Below are positions 1-10,437 of a DNA stretch of 64,000 bases, piece by piece (the stretch's first letter is position 1; each line of letters opens with the position of its first letter). Position numbers and translations under genes: made by a program. Below the pieces are notes generated by a model, which saw only the letters and a list, made by a program, of their open reading frames with translations, did no database searches and had not been told where the DNA came from. The DNA comes from Histomonas meleagridis 2922-C6/04-290x (lineage: Eukaryota > Protista > Parabasalia), in NCBI GenBank assembly GCA_020184695.1, contig JAANOX010000121.1, forward strand, positions 133,279-197,278, read 5' to 3'.

Positions 1-55
1 AATTCAATTTGAAAAGCAGTTATGCGATTCTTCATTCAAAAAGTGGAAAGTAAGT

Positions 56-1258
56 ATGCTTCCTTATTCCGCTTCTTATCAAATAATTACTCAAACTATA
101 CAGCATCACACCAATATAATGCAAACTACGCTCCATAATTTACAAGTCTTTCAAAATACAGGGTTGTCGTTTTTAGAAAATCTTAATACAACACTCAAAA
201 ATATCAACCTAAATTCAAACATAATGAACTGGATTAAAGAAAATTTCGCACAACTTCATTCTATATCTATTTTTATCCAAGGAATTTCAAATGAAATTGT
301 TTCTCCATTAACTGAATTCAGTAGTAATTATACAGCTAAAGCTAAAGGTTTACAAACAAAATATGAGGAAGCACAAATTCCTTATAAAGCAGCAAGTGAA
401 GATTACTTTTCTTCTTATTCTACATATTATGAAACATGCAATAACATTGATGAATATTCATATAAAATGAACACCCAAAAGGGCGCTGCAAGGGAAAAGT
501 CAGAGCAAATGTTTAATGATTTTAGAAACAAATGCACAGACCATGAAGCAGATGTTCTTGAAAAAAGAGAAAAACTCGGTCGCGCAAAGCTGAAATATGC
601 CGCAGAGCTCGAAGGAATAATGGCGGATTTCGAAAAGCTCGAAAAAAATTTTTATGATCATTTTCGATCTCTCTTCAACAAGTTCGAAAATCTCCTTCTC
701 CAATTATCAAGCACGTTAAAAGAATCTTCAGCTCAAAAGTTAGAGTCCATCAAAGACATACAATCCACTGAATTTCCATATCCAACACAATCAAATAATG
801 AGAAATACGATATTCCAGATGAATTGCTTTCTCTTCCTGAGCCTCCAATTGAGGTTTTTCAGCTTTTAAAGCCAGAAAATATTTTTGCATTAGAAATGAA
901 TTCCAAATATGTAATGGCTACTCAAGCTTATCAGTCGTCATCAAGTGACAAGTTTGTTACTAAGAAGGATGATATTTTACAGGTCCTAGAAGAAACTGAT
1001 GGTGCTTATGTTGTTCGGAATTTGCGTTCTCAAATCATTGGAAAATTGAACGTATCGTTGACAAAACCGTTGGACGATAGGACGCAAATTTTGAAAGAGA
1101 TAAAATATGCTTCACGTGAATTCTCAAGCAATAACAGAAAGGTAAAACAAAACGAGTACGTTTTCGTGTTATCTTCTTCAAATGATGTTGCACAATGTAT
1201 TACAATGAATGGAGAAGAAATACAAATTCCTACAGAAATATTACAAAATATAAATTAA
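56..1258 (+). CDS. Coiled-coil (F-BAR/BAR-like) protein with two degenerate SH3-like C-terminal domains
   Basis: 400-aa ORF; long helical heptad region; C-terminal segments resemble SH3 folds (YVMATQAYQSSSSDKFVTKKDDILQVLEE; KYASREFSSNNRKVKQNEYVFVL). Domain call by eye only. Confidence 0.55.
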   Translation: MLPYSASYQIITQTIQHHTNIMQTTLHNLQVFQNTGLSFLENLNTTLKNINLNSNIMNWIKENFAQLHSISIFIQGISNEIVSPLTEFSSNYTAKAKGLQTKYEEAQIPYKAASEDYFSSYSTYYETCNNIDEYSYKMNTQKGAAREKSEQMFNDFRNKCTDHEADVLEKREKLGRAKLKYAAELEGIMADFEKLEKNFYDHFRSLFNKFENLLLQLSSTLKESSAQKLESIKDIQSTEFPYPTQSNNEKYDIPDELLSLPEPPIEVFQLLKPENIFALEMNSKYVMATQAYQSSSSDKFVTKKDDILQVLEETDGAYVVRNLRSQIIGKLNVSLTKPLDDRTQILKEIKYASREFSSNNRKVKQNEYVFVLSSSNDVAQCITMNGEEIQIPTEILQNIN

Positions 1259-1465
1259 GGTTTAAAGATTAAAAGTCTGCGGGTGTAATTTTTTAAATAA
1301 AGTTTCTCGATTTCTAAGAATTTTAGTTGCAAAAACTATTTTTTTTTTTATTAGACACACAGTAGTTCAGATAATAAAAAAATTTTCACCATATTATCAA
1401 CTTAAATATTGGAAAGTAGTGATTTTATTATTTTAAGACCATATCAAAAAATTTCATTATAGGAA

Positions 1466-1538
1466 ACACCTATAGCATAATGGATAATGCGCCTCCCTTC
1501 TAAGGAGGAGACTCTGGGTTCGAGTCCCCGTAGGTGTG
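1466..1538 (+). tRNA. tRNA-Arg (anticodon UCU), intronless
   Basis: Cloverleaf read directly: acceptor ACACCTA/TAGGTGT, D-arm GCAT-AATGGATA-ATGC, anticodon arm CCTCC-CT TCT AA-GGAGG, T-loop TTCGAGT; T-run terminator follows. Confidence 0.95.
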
Positions 1539-1582
1539 TTTTTTATTCACCTAAAGGATATCCTTAAAAAAAATTTTTTTTC

Positions 1583-3019
1583 ATGATGGAGGAATCAAAG
1601 GAATGGTGGGAGAAATTGACTAAGTCAACAATTGATGATATGTTAGCGATTAGAAATTTAAACGAAATATTGAAAAAAAATTATCGAATTCTTTTTGAAT
1701 CTGTAAAAGACATTCAAGATGAAGAAAAATATTGGAATACAATATGTGCAACTCTCCAAAAAATTCTTTGCGTTAAAGTTCCAAATCCATCAAATAACTT
1801 CCAGAAATTTATTGAAATAATATTTTTAAATCAATTCAAACTTTATCCAACTTCTGTTGAAGATATTATTACATTTATTAAGTCGTCTCCTCGAAATGAA
1901 AATATATCTTTTTTAATATGGAACTTTTCTTCACATATCAAACTATCTGATTTTTTTAATGCATTTTATTCAATGATCATTTCAAATGATGAATTTTATC
2001 AGAAACTTATGTCATATCCCCAGTCCTTAAATATTTTTTTTGATCATTATTTCAATTTACTTGATTCATCGCCAATCAAAAATGACAAGCAAATGTCATT
2101 ACGTATCAATCTAATTAATATTTTATGTCAACTTATGATTGATCACCCAGATAAAATTAAACTTTTATATCAGCATCAGCGTAAAATGTGGGATTATCTA
2201 TTAAAGTTGATGAAAGACAATTACCAATCAATGTCAATTGAATCGTTTCGCATTGCCACGAACTTCTATCTCAAATCACACCAATTCTTTGATTCCAAAT
2301 TTAAATATAATTGGCTTATTCGAATGGCCACAAATAATGCATCAAATTCATCGTTACATTTTCTTTCTCTAAAATTTATTTTAAATTTAAATTTTGTTGA
2401 TTTTAAATATTTGGAATTATGTAAAGCACTTATTAGTAATGGGATTAATGATGTTTGCGATATTTCATTTATCGAAGAAATATTAATTACTAAGAAACTA
2501 GAAAATGTTTTTTCTATTTTCGAATACTTTTTTAATTTGTCTACTTCGAAAAATATATTTGCAAACGCTGCAAGAATTACTCTTCTCAATCTTTTACCGA
2601 TTTATTATGATAACCAAGAATTAACTTCTTATATTCCATTGTTTATAAAGAGATGTTTCCAATTTATAATTTTCTCTTTAAAGAAAAATAAATACAAATG
2701 TAAACGTTTCATAGTATTAAAATTTTTGTTCGATTTATGGAAATTAAACATAGAAAGCATTAGTTCTGTTGTTCAAAGACTTTCTTCTTCATTAATTAAA
2801 GCAAAGATTCATGAGAATGTAATATGTCTAATGTTCAAAGAAACAAATGACTTCGATGAAGAATTTATAAAGGAAACTATGGATGCCAATTGCGATAGAG
2901 TTGACATTAAAAATGTTCTTAATAATGTGTCTAATGTAATACCGATGTTGTTCATTGATGGTCTCGATTATTCTTATGACTATTCTTCATATTCTTCGTA
3001 TTCAGATGAACCAGATTGA
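1583..3019 (+). CDS. Hypothetical alpha-helical (ARM/HEAT-like) protein
   Basis: 478-aa ORF, Leu/Ile/Phe-rich helical pattern, acidic tail; no recognisable motif. Confidence 0.7.
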   Translation: MMEESKEWWEKLTKSTIDDMLAIRNLNEILKKNYRILFESVKDIQDEEKYWNTICATLQKILCVKVPNPSNNFQKFIEIIFLNQFKLYPTSVEDIITFIKSSPRNENISFLIWNFSSHIKLSDFFNAFYSMIISNDEFYQKLMSYPQSLNIFFDHYFNLLDSSPIKNDKQMSLRINLINILCQLMIDHPDKIKLLYQHQRKMWDYLLKLMKDNYQSMSIESFRIATNFYLKSHQFFDSKFKYNWLIRMATNNASNSSLHFLSLKFILNLNFVDFKYLELCKALISNGINDVCDISFIEEILITKKLENVFSIFEYFFNLSTSKNIFANAARITLLNLLPIYYDNQELTSYIPLFIKRCFQFIIFSLKKNKYKCKRFIVLKFLFDLWKLNIESISSVVQRLSSSLIKAKIHENVICLMFKETNDFDEEFIKETMDANCDRVDIKNVLNNVSNVIPMLFIDGLDYSYDYSSYSSYSDEPD

Positions 3020-3381
3020 AAATAAAAAAATGGAAATATTAGGTCTTATTGATATAATTAAATATAGAAATCGTTTTTATTAAATTTTTTTTTTTAATTT
3101 TCTTCATGCTGAACACATAATTAATAAATTCAAATTTATATCAATTCTTTGAACATTTCATCTGTTTAGAATTTTACTTCAACTTACCTAAATGAAGTAT
3201 ATTCACATAAATCTTTATAAACTAACAGACGCCAAACTTCAAAACATTTGCGTTTTGTGAAGAACAGTTGTATTTTATGATGATTTACGATCTGTTTGCA
3301 AACAGTGTGATTTTTTTCATACGAAAAAAACAATAAATAAAAGCGCTTTTATAAAACATTTTTATAGACATTTTATTTCTT

Positions 3382-6300
3382 TTACAACAACTGCATTTGG
3401 ATACTTCCGTTCTTACTTACAACCATCAACGAGTTATTCATTTTTATATACTGCAAACCCAAAACGTTTTCCTTACACAAGAATTTAGGTTTTTCGTACA
3501 AAATATTTTCCAATTGCATTAATTCGACAACGTATAATTCCTTTTCCTCAGCACAAATACAAATCCAATCGAACCCATTTCTATCCTTCCAAGTTTCCAT
3601 TGTTGTCACTACCTTATTAAAGAAAACCTTCTTCAACAAGGCGCCGTTAATATTGAACATCAAGAAAGCGGTTGTTTTTGTCGAAGTTTGACCCATTGCG
3701 ACGACGATAAAACCGAAAGATTTCGAAATTCTAACGAACAAGGGTATACCCTTACCGACCTTAACGGTCCTGAGCACTTTTTCTTTTCTTAACGATACCA
3801 AATCCATGAAACCTTGTGAAGACGTTAACGCCGCTATATCGAATTCACTTGAAATCCCTGCCGATACATAATCTTTTTTAGATGATTCGATAGTGAAAAG
3901 TGGCTTAGTTATGTCAGATATTTTCCAAAAATCAGCGTACGAATCATTACCAATAGTAATTATATATTTATCATTTTGACATATGAATTTAATTTCATGG
4001 AATAATCGATATGAAGTTTTGATTTCTTTAGTTCTAAAATTCGTTGCGATAAAACGTCGTGTAAAGTTTGAAGGATTAATTAGTAAAGTATTATCGATTA
4101 ATATTGCTTTGTTTGATACATTTTCTTGTATTAAATTTGTGAAGATTTTCTTTGTGATAATTTCATGAGTTAAAATTGTGAATTCGTATAATATTAATTC
4201 ATTATTATTCTTCTCGTTAAAGATAAATGATCCGTATAATGTCTTTGGCTTTTTCTCGATAAATGAATATGTAATAATTGAAGAGTTTGATAATTGTAAA
4301 TTAAATGTTTTAATTTTCGGTTCAATTTTGTTAATTTTTAAATGTTTAGGATGAATATCATTAAATATCTTTAATGAAGTGTTTTGTTGATAGATACCAA
4401 AGTTTAAATCGATCCATTCATTTAAATGTTTTGTTACATATTTACTTTCTAAAGCTTTCCGATGTAAATATATGAAATCAATTGAAGTTTCACTCCATTT
4501 CGGTAATGTTATATCGGAACAATTTTTAATGTTATTTTTATTTTCGAATATTTCTGGACAAGAGAAAAACTCAGGTATTAATTCGATGTTATTTTGTATT
4601 GCATTTTCATAATAATTTTTAATATCATTAATATTATTATTATTGTTATTAATTGATGTAAATGGTTCTATTCTCATTAAATATTTACATACATTATCTT
4701 TATCAATTGGTATATTATTATTTATTAAGTTATTACCAATTGGTTTAGATAAATCGCGATAAATACTTTTATCATTTAAGTCTAATGTTTCTTTATCAAA
4801 ATTAGTTATAACCCATGGAATGAATGGATAATTATTTAAGTCATTAAATGTTCGACCACAATAATAATTTAAGTTGATTAAATATTCGAAGTTAGAGATA
4901 TTACCTGTGATCCATTTATTTGTTAAATTAAAAAGAGGCTTTTGTTCAGTAACATTAATATGATCACAAAATGATATAAATTGTTTAATATCATTAAATT
5001 CAATATAATAATTTTTACGTTGTTTTGTTAATATTTCTATTATTAAATTCTTTTTCTTATATATATAAATAATATCTTCAATTAAAATATGACTTTCAAA
5101 TTCATTCGATTTAATAATTAATTCATTTGTTAAAACTGATAAAATAATTTCTTTTTTGATGTCATATTTATATAACTTACAATTATATGTTTCGATTGGA
5201 TTTTGTATAATAATTTTTTCGATTGATGAAGAAGATTTTAATTTTATCATTTTATATTCATCAATTTTACTATTCTTTAATTTTAATCGTTTCAAAAATA
5301 CTTTTTTAAGTTTAATTGGAATCCCAATTTTATTACAATATGTCGAATCACGTTTAAATATCATTTTCATTTTATTTTCATTTGATGATTTCCATATAGT
5401 TTGGAATAATTCAGTACGTAAATGATGCCATTTCTTAAAGTTAATTTCATTTAAGTTTATAGCTTCTTCATTCATCTTTTGTATTCTTTCAATTGTATCT
5501 CCTTCAATACCATGTTGGAAATTCTTTAAGAAGATAAATTGTTTTTTAATATCTTTTTTCTCTTTTTCTTGTAATGTTATTGATACTTTTCTAATAATAC
5601 GTAAATAAATTGATAATTCCGAAATGTTTTGGAAGAAATTAACAACGTTTTCTAGTGATATATTTTGTTTTAAATATTTTAAATTTATATTAAATTTATG
5701 TAAATAAAATGATATGAAATTTAATGAATTTTCATTTTCGATGATTTTAGTCTTAATTTTATTAATATGATCTATAACTAAAGGTGAATCAAATCGTAAT
5801 ATAAATGAACATAATATTAAATCATAATTTAAAAATAATTCATCATAATGTTGTTCGAAATTCGTAATACAACATTTAGCTAAATCTAAATCTTTCCAAT
5901 TACCATTTTCATCGATATTTAATCCAAAGACATAATTCATTCCATTATCAATATATTTATCTAATTCATCTATAAATGATACATATTTAGTTTTGGTGAT
6001 TTCATTTATATTAAAATTCGAATATTTCTTAAAAATTAAATATAAAAATTTCTCACTTTCAATGTTCTTTCTAAATAATATAAAGAAATATGAAATTTGT
6101 AAAAATTGTTTTAAATGTTTTTCATCTAATTCTGTTTTTTTAACAATAAATTCTAAAAATTTAGTAACTCGATTTTGTGCTTTAGTAATTGTGAAATATA
6201 TTTCCATTAATATACATACATCTAAAAAGTTATCAGTAATTCGACTTAACATATCAAATATTACTATATCATAAGAAGTATCATTACTTTGAAATAATGC

Positions 6301-9300
6301 TAATAAACTTAATATTGTTTGATTAAAAAAGAATTTACTGACTTTGTTCATATCAAAAGGTTGATAAATACTTAAGAATTCTAATACATTATCAGATGAA
6401 ATTGCTAATTTACATTCGATAGGGAATAATCGAATATTTGTTAAACCCATTAATTTAAATAATAATGATTTTGTAGATAATTTCTTTGTTAATAAATTCG
6501 AAATTAAACGTAATTGAATTCCTACATTAATATTAACTTTTAATATGATTTTAATGATTAAAATAACTATATCTTCATTATTATATAAGATTAAATTATG
6601 GATTAAACCAATATATTTAAAGACATATTGAATGTTTTCTTTTTTGTTTAATATTTGTTCAATAAATTCTAAAAATGTTATTAATATATTTGGTTCACTA
6701 TGAGTTAAAAGTATTCCAATAATAAATGAAATATTTTCTTCTGTTAAATTATTCTCTGCTATTAATAATAATAAATTAATAATATTTTGTTGTAATAATT
6801 TATCATTTAATTCAATAAATCGAAATAAAATTCGATTAAAATCAAAATATTCAATGAAATCAATGATTAAAAATCGATTCCAATGTTTAAATATTCGAAA
6901 TTGATCTTGAAAACTACCTTTTAACCAAATATCAAAATTTAATAAAATCAAATTAAATAAATCCTCTAAAACTTCTTTATCATGAATAATTGGTATAAAT
7001 TGAGTAAATCGTAAATATAAATTATAATTAATTTCATTATTCGGGAAATTTAAAACTAAATAAGTTAATATTTGAATAAATTCTTTTAATGATTTAACTG
7101 CTGTTTCTGAACATTCTAATAATTGTTGGAATAAATCTAATGATAAAAGTGAATTATTTATAATCTTTTTACCATTTAATGGTATTAATCTAGTTTGAGT
7201 TAATAAAGGTAAAAATGATTCGATTTTAATCTCATTAATTAATATATCTTTAAATGTTAAATAATAAGGAGATAAAATCTTTTGTGATGGTATTAAATTA
7301 ATATTTTCGATTTTACTTGTAATTAATGGTTGAATTTTTTGATTATTATTTTGAGTAAAACTAACAATGATTTGTGCATCTTTAGGTATCATATTAAAAT
7401 TAGAAATCCATTCGAAATAATCATCAGTTCCTAATTTACTTGGTGAGATAATAAATGATGATAAATATCCAATAATAGGAAATTCTCCAATTTCTTTATC
7501 AGGTTCACAACATTTTAATGTAAGTGTTTCATTATTATTAAATGGACATTGAATTGATCTATAAAATGGTGAAACTTTTCCATTAACATTTTGATAAAAT
7601 CCACAAACTTCATTATTAATATGTTTAATGGATACTAAAATCCATGAACGTGTTGGTAATGTTTCAACAAATTTAGAATAACATCGTAATGTTTCACTTT
7701 CAATTGTTATAGATAATGTATTATCACCTGATAAAATAATTTCTAATCGATTTTTATTTTTATCGATGAAATCAAATAATGTAATTTGATATTTAGCAGG
7801 AAATGATTCTAAAAATAACCAAAATGTTATTACAAATCCATTTTTGATTATTTCACATGGAATATTTTCTATCATTAATGGATTAGAATTCGATGATAAC
7901 TCAATAAAATATGATGGTTTCTTATTACTTTTCGATAACATTTCTGTTAATATTGATATGAAAATTGGTTGATAAATACTTTGATAATAAACATTTATAG
8001 GTGTAAATAAACTAAAATGTTTTTTAACAATAGAAATCGTTGTACATCTTTCATATATTAATACTAATAATGATAAAAACTTATTAACAATTAATGAATT
8101 ATCTTCAAAATCTTCTTTATATTGTATTAATGTATCTAAAATGAAATTATCAAAACCTTTATCATGTACAGTTTTCCGATTCATATAAGAACCTACTAAA
8201 AGTTCATATATGAAATCTAATACTTTAATTAATTTTTCTTTATTTGGACATGACTTAATTAACGCCGGTAAAATCTTAGGTTGTTGTATACAAAAACTTG
8301 AAGAATTTTCAAATCGAGGTTTCCCTGCTAATATTTGTATTAATTTCTTCTTAATTAAAGAGAAATATTTTGGATCTTTAAAATGTAAACAACCTTTTAT
8401 AATGTCAGAAGATGATATACTATTACAATCATAAGAACTAAATTGTAATGATTGAATAAATAAATCATATGAATCTTGATCATCATCTTTTAAATCACCC
8501 ATCGAATTATATAAAGGACCTTTTAAACTTGTAAATAATGAATAATAATCCCATATAGTTCGATCATGTTCAGAACTACTTGCAATGAAATTATTTATAG
8601 TCTCTAAGACTAACGCTAATAATTTAACATGTCGTTGATCTTTTATAAAAAGAATTTCACGATTAAAAAGTTCAATTAATGAATTAAATAAATATGAATA
8701 AATACCTTCGGATGGCATTTCATTTATAAATGTTCCAATACTTTCTAATATAAAAGGTCGAACAGGATCTTCATAAAGTAATGAGACAAAAACATTAACA
8801 AAGTTTTGATTAGATAACCAAATAATTTGATTATAATGAAGTGCATTCGATATAAATTGGAATAATGAAGTTCGCGCTGCTTCAATAATTTGTGTAGTTG
8901 ATTCATTTGATGTAAAATGTAATTTCTGGAAATAAATAATTGATTTAGAAATAGAATGAATTAATGATACTGACATTAATTCATCTTGATTTATATAATC
9001 ATAATATATTACTACACGTTGTATAACTTCTGATAATATTAATGGTCGATCAAATAAACTTTCGATTATATATGATAAATTACGAAATCCATTTTGAGCT
9101 AATGAATAAATTGCATCTGCTCGAAGTTGTGAGATAAAATTCGAATATTTATTTCCATCAAATGATGAAACATCAGCAGAAAATAAATCTGTCGATAATA
9201 AACTATCCCAATATAATGTAACAAGATGATCATCTAATTTAACATTTGATGCATATAATATTATTGCATATATTGAATCAAAACTTTTCTGCTTTGAATA

Positions 9301-10413
9301 TGTTGATTTAAATAAGTTAAAAAAATTTGAGATAACTGAAAAACATTTATGTGATATTTGAGAAAATATTAGAATGATTTCATTAATTGGATTATCAAAT
9401 TCAAATGATGATACTGCTCGACTTGTTTTATAGTTCATAGAATTATATGTTAATTTTGATTCAAATGTAGTATGCTCACTAAATTTTTGCTTGGGTTTAT
9501 AAGATTTGGGAATTGAATCAAATATGATCCGCGTGCTCTCAAATTTAGGAACGCTATCGTAGTAGTAAATTTTGTGAGAGTTTATTTGACTGAAAAGTGT
9601 ACTGGCAAATAATAATGTGTATGGTTCAAGAGTCTCTTTCTTGTCTAATACTGTCGCTTCAGCAAGAAAAAATTTTAAGGCAGGAAGCTCTAATGCATCA
9701 AGATTATACATAATTTTCCCAATGATTTTAATAGCAATGTCTTGGGATATTGGAATTGTACTAACATAATCAAGAAAATCAATACAATCTGTTGTAAGAG
9801 CTGAACCTTTTTTTACAATGTTTTTTAAAATTAGTGGAATTAAAGGTTCAAGAGTTTTTAACTGGCTTGGAAATTGATTTATCATTTCTTTAAAAGGATT
9901 TATGATGTTTTTGAGTTCTTTGTTCTTTGATTTAAAAATATACTGTTTTGATATTGCGAAAAATATCTCTGTTGCTATTTGAAGAAAACATGAATTTGAA
10001 ATTCGAACCATTGAATTTAAAACATCTTTTATCTCGTTATAATTGTTATCATCAGCAGTTGTAGTCCATATAAGAAAATTATATAAGATAAGTATGTAGA
10101 AAAAATTTTTGGAAGAATCATTAATATTCAAAGAATTGAAAACACTAAATGAAATGCTTTTTAGGTTGAGATCCTTTTTTAAATCTGTAACACGAACCAT
10201 ATTATTTTCATCTTGTATTAAATTGATATTTCCAAGTATATGATCAAATTGTGCATTAACGAGTTCATGATAGAAAAAACTAATAACTGAGCCTTTTTCA
10301 AGTGTAGGAATTTGTTCTGGCATTGAGATTCCGAGGATACCGCATATGATGTCAGATGGTAATTCCATATTAAATGCTAAGTCAGCTTTTCTGTTGAAAT
10401 TTGCAACGTCCAT
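3382..10413 (-). CDS. Beige/BEACH-domain protein with PH-like and C-terminal WD40 region
   Basis: BEACH motifs KWITGNISNFEYL, GRTFNDLNNYPFIPW, YRDLSKPIG, IELIPEFF, LPKWS, FIYLHRKALES, LNEWIDLNFG. Start set to ATG at 10413 (MDVANF) because the computed extension to 10482 overlaps ORC3; ATG at 10368 is an alternative. Confidence 0.9.
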   Translation of the reverse strand: MDVANFNRKADLAFNMELPSDIICGILGISMPEQIPTLEKGSVISFFYHELVNAQFDHILGNINLIQDENNMVRVTDLKKDLNLKSISFSVFNSLNINDSSKNFFYILILYNFLIWTTTADDNNYNEIKDVLNSMVRISNSCFLQIATEIFFAISKQYIFKSKNKELKNIINPFKEMINQFPSQLKTLEPLIPLILKNIVKKGSALTTDCIDFLDYVSTIPISQDIAIKIIGKIMYNLDALELPALKFFLAEATVLDKKETLEPYTLLFASTLFSQINSHKIYYYDSVPKFESTRIIFDSIPKSYKPKQKFSEHTTFESKLTYNSMNYKTSRAVSSFEFDNPINEIILIFSQISHKCFSVISNFFNLFKSTYSKQKSFDSIYAIILYASNVKLDDHLVTLYWDSLLSTDLFSADVSSFDGNKYSNFISQLRADAIYSLAQNGFRNLSYIIESLFDRPLILSEVIQRVVIYYDYINQDELMSVSLIHSISKSIIYFQKLHFTSNESTTQIIEAARTSLFQFISNALHYNQIIWLSNQNFVNVFVSLLYEDPVRPFILESIGTFINEMPSEGIYSYLFNSLIELFNREILFIKDQRHVKLLALVLETINNFIASSSEHDRTIWDYYSLFTSLKGPLYNSMGDLKDDDQDSYDLFIQSLQFSSYDCNSISSSDIIKGCLHFKDPKYFSLIKKKLIQILAGKPRFENSSSFCIQQPKILPALIKSCPNKEKLIKVLDFIYELLVGSYMNRKTVHDKGFDNFILDTLIQYKEDFEDNSLIVNKFLSLLVLIYERCTTISIVKKHFSLFTPINVYYQSIYQPIFISILTEMLSKSNKKPSYFIELSSNSNPLMIENIPCEIIKNGFVITFWLFLESFPAKYQITLFDFIDKNKNRLEIILSGDNTLSITIESETLRCYSKFVETLPTRSWILVSIKHINNEVCGFYQNVNGKVSPFYRSIQCPFNNNETLTLKCCEPDKEIGEFPIIGYLSSFIISPSKLGTDDYFEWISNFNMIPKDAQIIVSFTQNNNQKIQPLITSKIENINLIPSQKILSPYYLTFKDILINEIKIESFLPLLTQTRLIPLNGKKIINNSLLSLDLFQQLLECSETAVKSLKEFIQILTYLVLNFPNNEINYNLYLRFTQFIPIIHDKEVLEDLFNLILLNFDIWLKGSFQDQFRIFKHWNRFLIIDFIEYFDFNRILFRFIELNDKLLQQNIINLLLLIAENNLTEENISFIIGILLTHSEPNILITFLEFIEQILNKKENIQYVFKYIGLIHNLILYNNEDIVILIIKIILKVNINVGIQLRLISNLLTKKLSTKSLLFKLMGLTNIRLFPIECKLAISSDNVLEFLSIYQPFDMNKVSKFFFNQTILSLLALFQSNDTSYDIVIFDMLSRITDNFLDVCILMEIYFTITKAQNRVTKFLEFIVKKTELDEKHLKQFLQISYFFILFRKNIESEKFLYLIFKKYSNFNINEITKTKYVSFIDELDKYIDNGMNYVFGLNIDENGNWKDLDLAKCCITNFEQHYDELFLNYDLILCSFILRFDSPLVIDHINKIKTKIIENENSLNFISFYLHKFNINLKYLKQNISLENVVNFFQNISELSIYLRIIRKVSITLQEKEKKDIKKQFIFLKNFQHGIEGDTIERIQKMNEEAINLNEINFKKWHHLRTELFQTIWKSSNENKMKMIFKRDSTYCNKIGIPIKLKKVFLKRLKLKNSKIDEYKMIKLKSSSSIEKIIIQNPIETYNCKLYKYDIKKEIILSVLTNELIIKSNEFESHILIEDIIYIYKKKNLIIEILTKQRKNYYIEFNDIKQFISFCDHINVTEQKPLFNLTNKWITGNISNFEYLINLNYYCGRTFNDLNNYPFIPWVITNFDKETLDLNDKSIYRDLSKPIGNNLINNNIPIDKDNVCKYLMRIEPFTSINNNNNNINDIKNYYENAIQNNIELIPEFFSCPEIFENKNNIKNCSDITLPKWSETSIDFIYLHRKALESKYVTKHLNEWIDLNFGIYQQNTSLKIFNDIHPKHLKINKIEPKIKTFNLQLSNSSIITYSFIEKKPKTLYGSFIFNEKNNNELILYEFTILTHEIITKKIFTNLIQENVSNKAILIDNTLLINPSNFTRRFIATNFRTKEIKTSYRLFHEIKFICQNDKYIITIGNDSYADFWKISDITKPLFTIESSKKDYVSAGISSEFDIAALTSSQGFMDLVSLRKEKVLRTVKVGKGIPLFVRISKSFGFIVVAMGQTSTKTTAFLMFNINGALLKKVFFNKVVTTMETWKDRNGFDWICICAEEKELYVVELMQLENILYEKPKFLCKENVLGLQYIKMNNSLMVVSKNGSIQMQLL

Positions 10414-10437
10414 TTGGGGTGCCCCTATAACCCAAAA
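10414..10437. promoter_or_regulatory. 24-bp head-to-head intergenic region (putative bidirectional promoter)
   Basis: cat-TTGGGGTGCCCCTATAACCCAAAA-atg between divergent ATGs; near-symmetric and GC-rich. Confidence 0.5.

Noticed and set aside
3292-3305. Perfect palindromes CTGTTTGCAAACAG (also GTTCGCGCGAAC 19853-19864, GGTCTC-tt-GAGACC 20143-20156, CAACGCGTTG 56053-56062)
   Set aside because: Several 10-14 bp palindromes are expected by chance in 64 kb; no repetition or other support.
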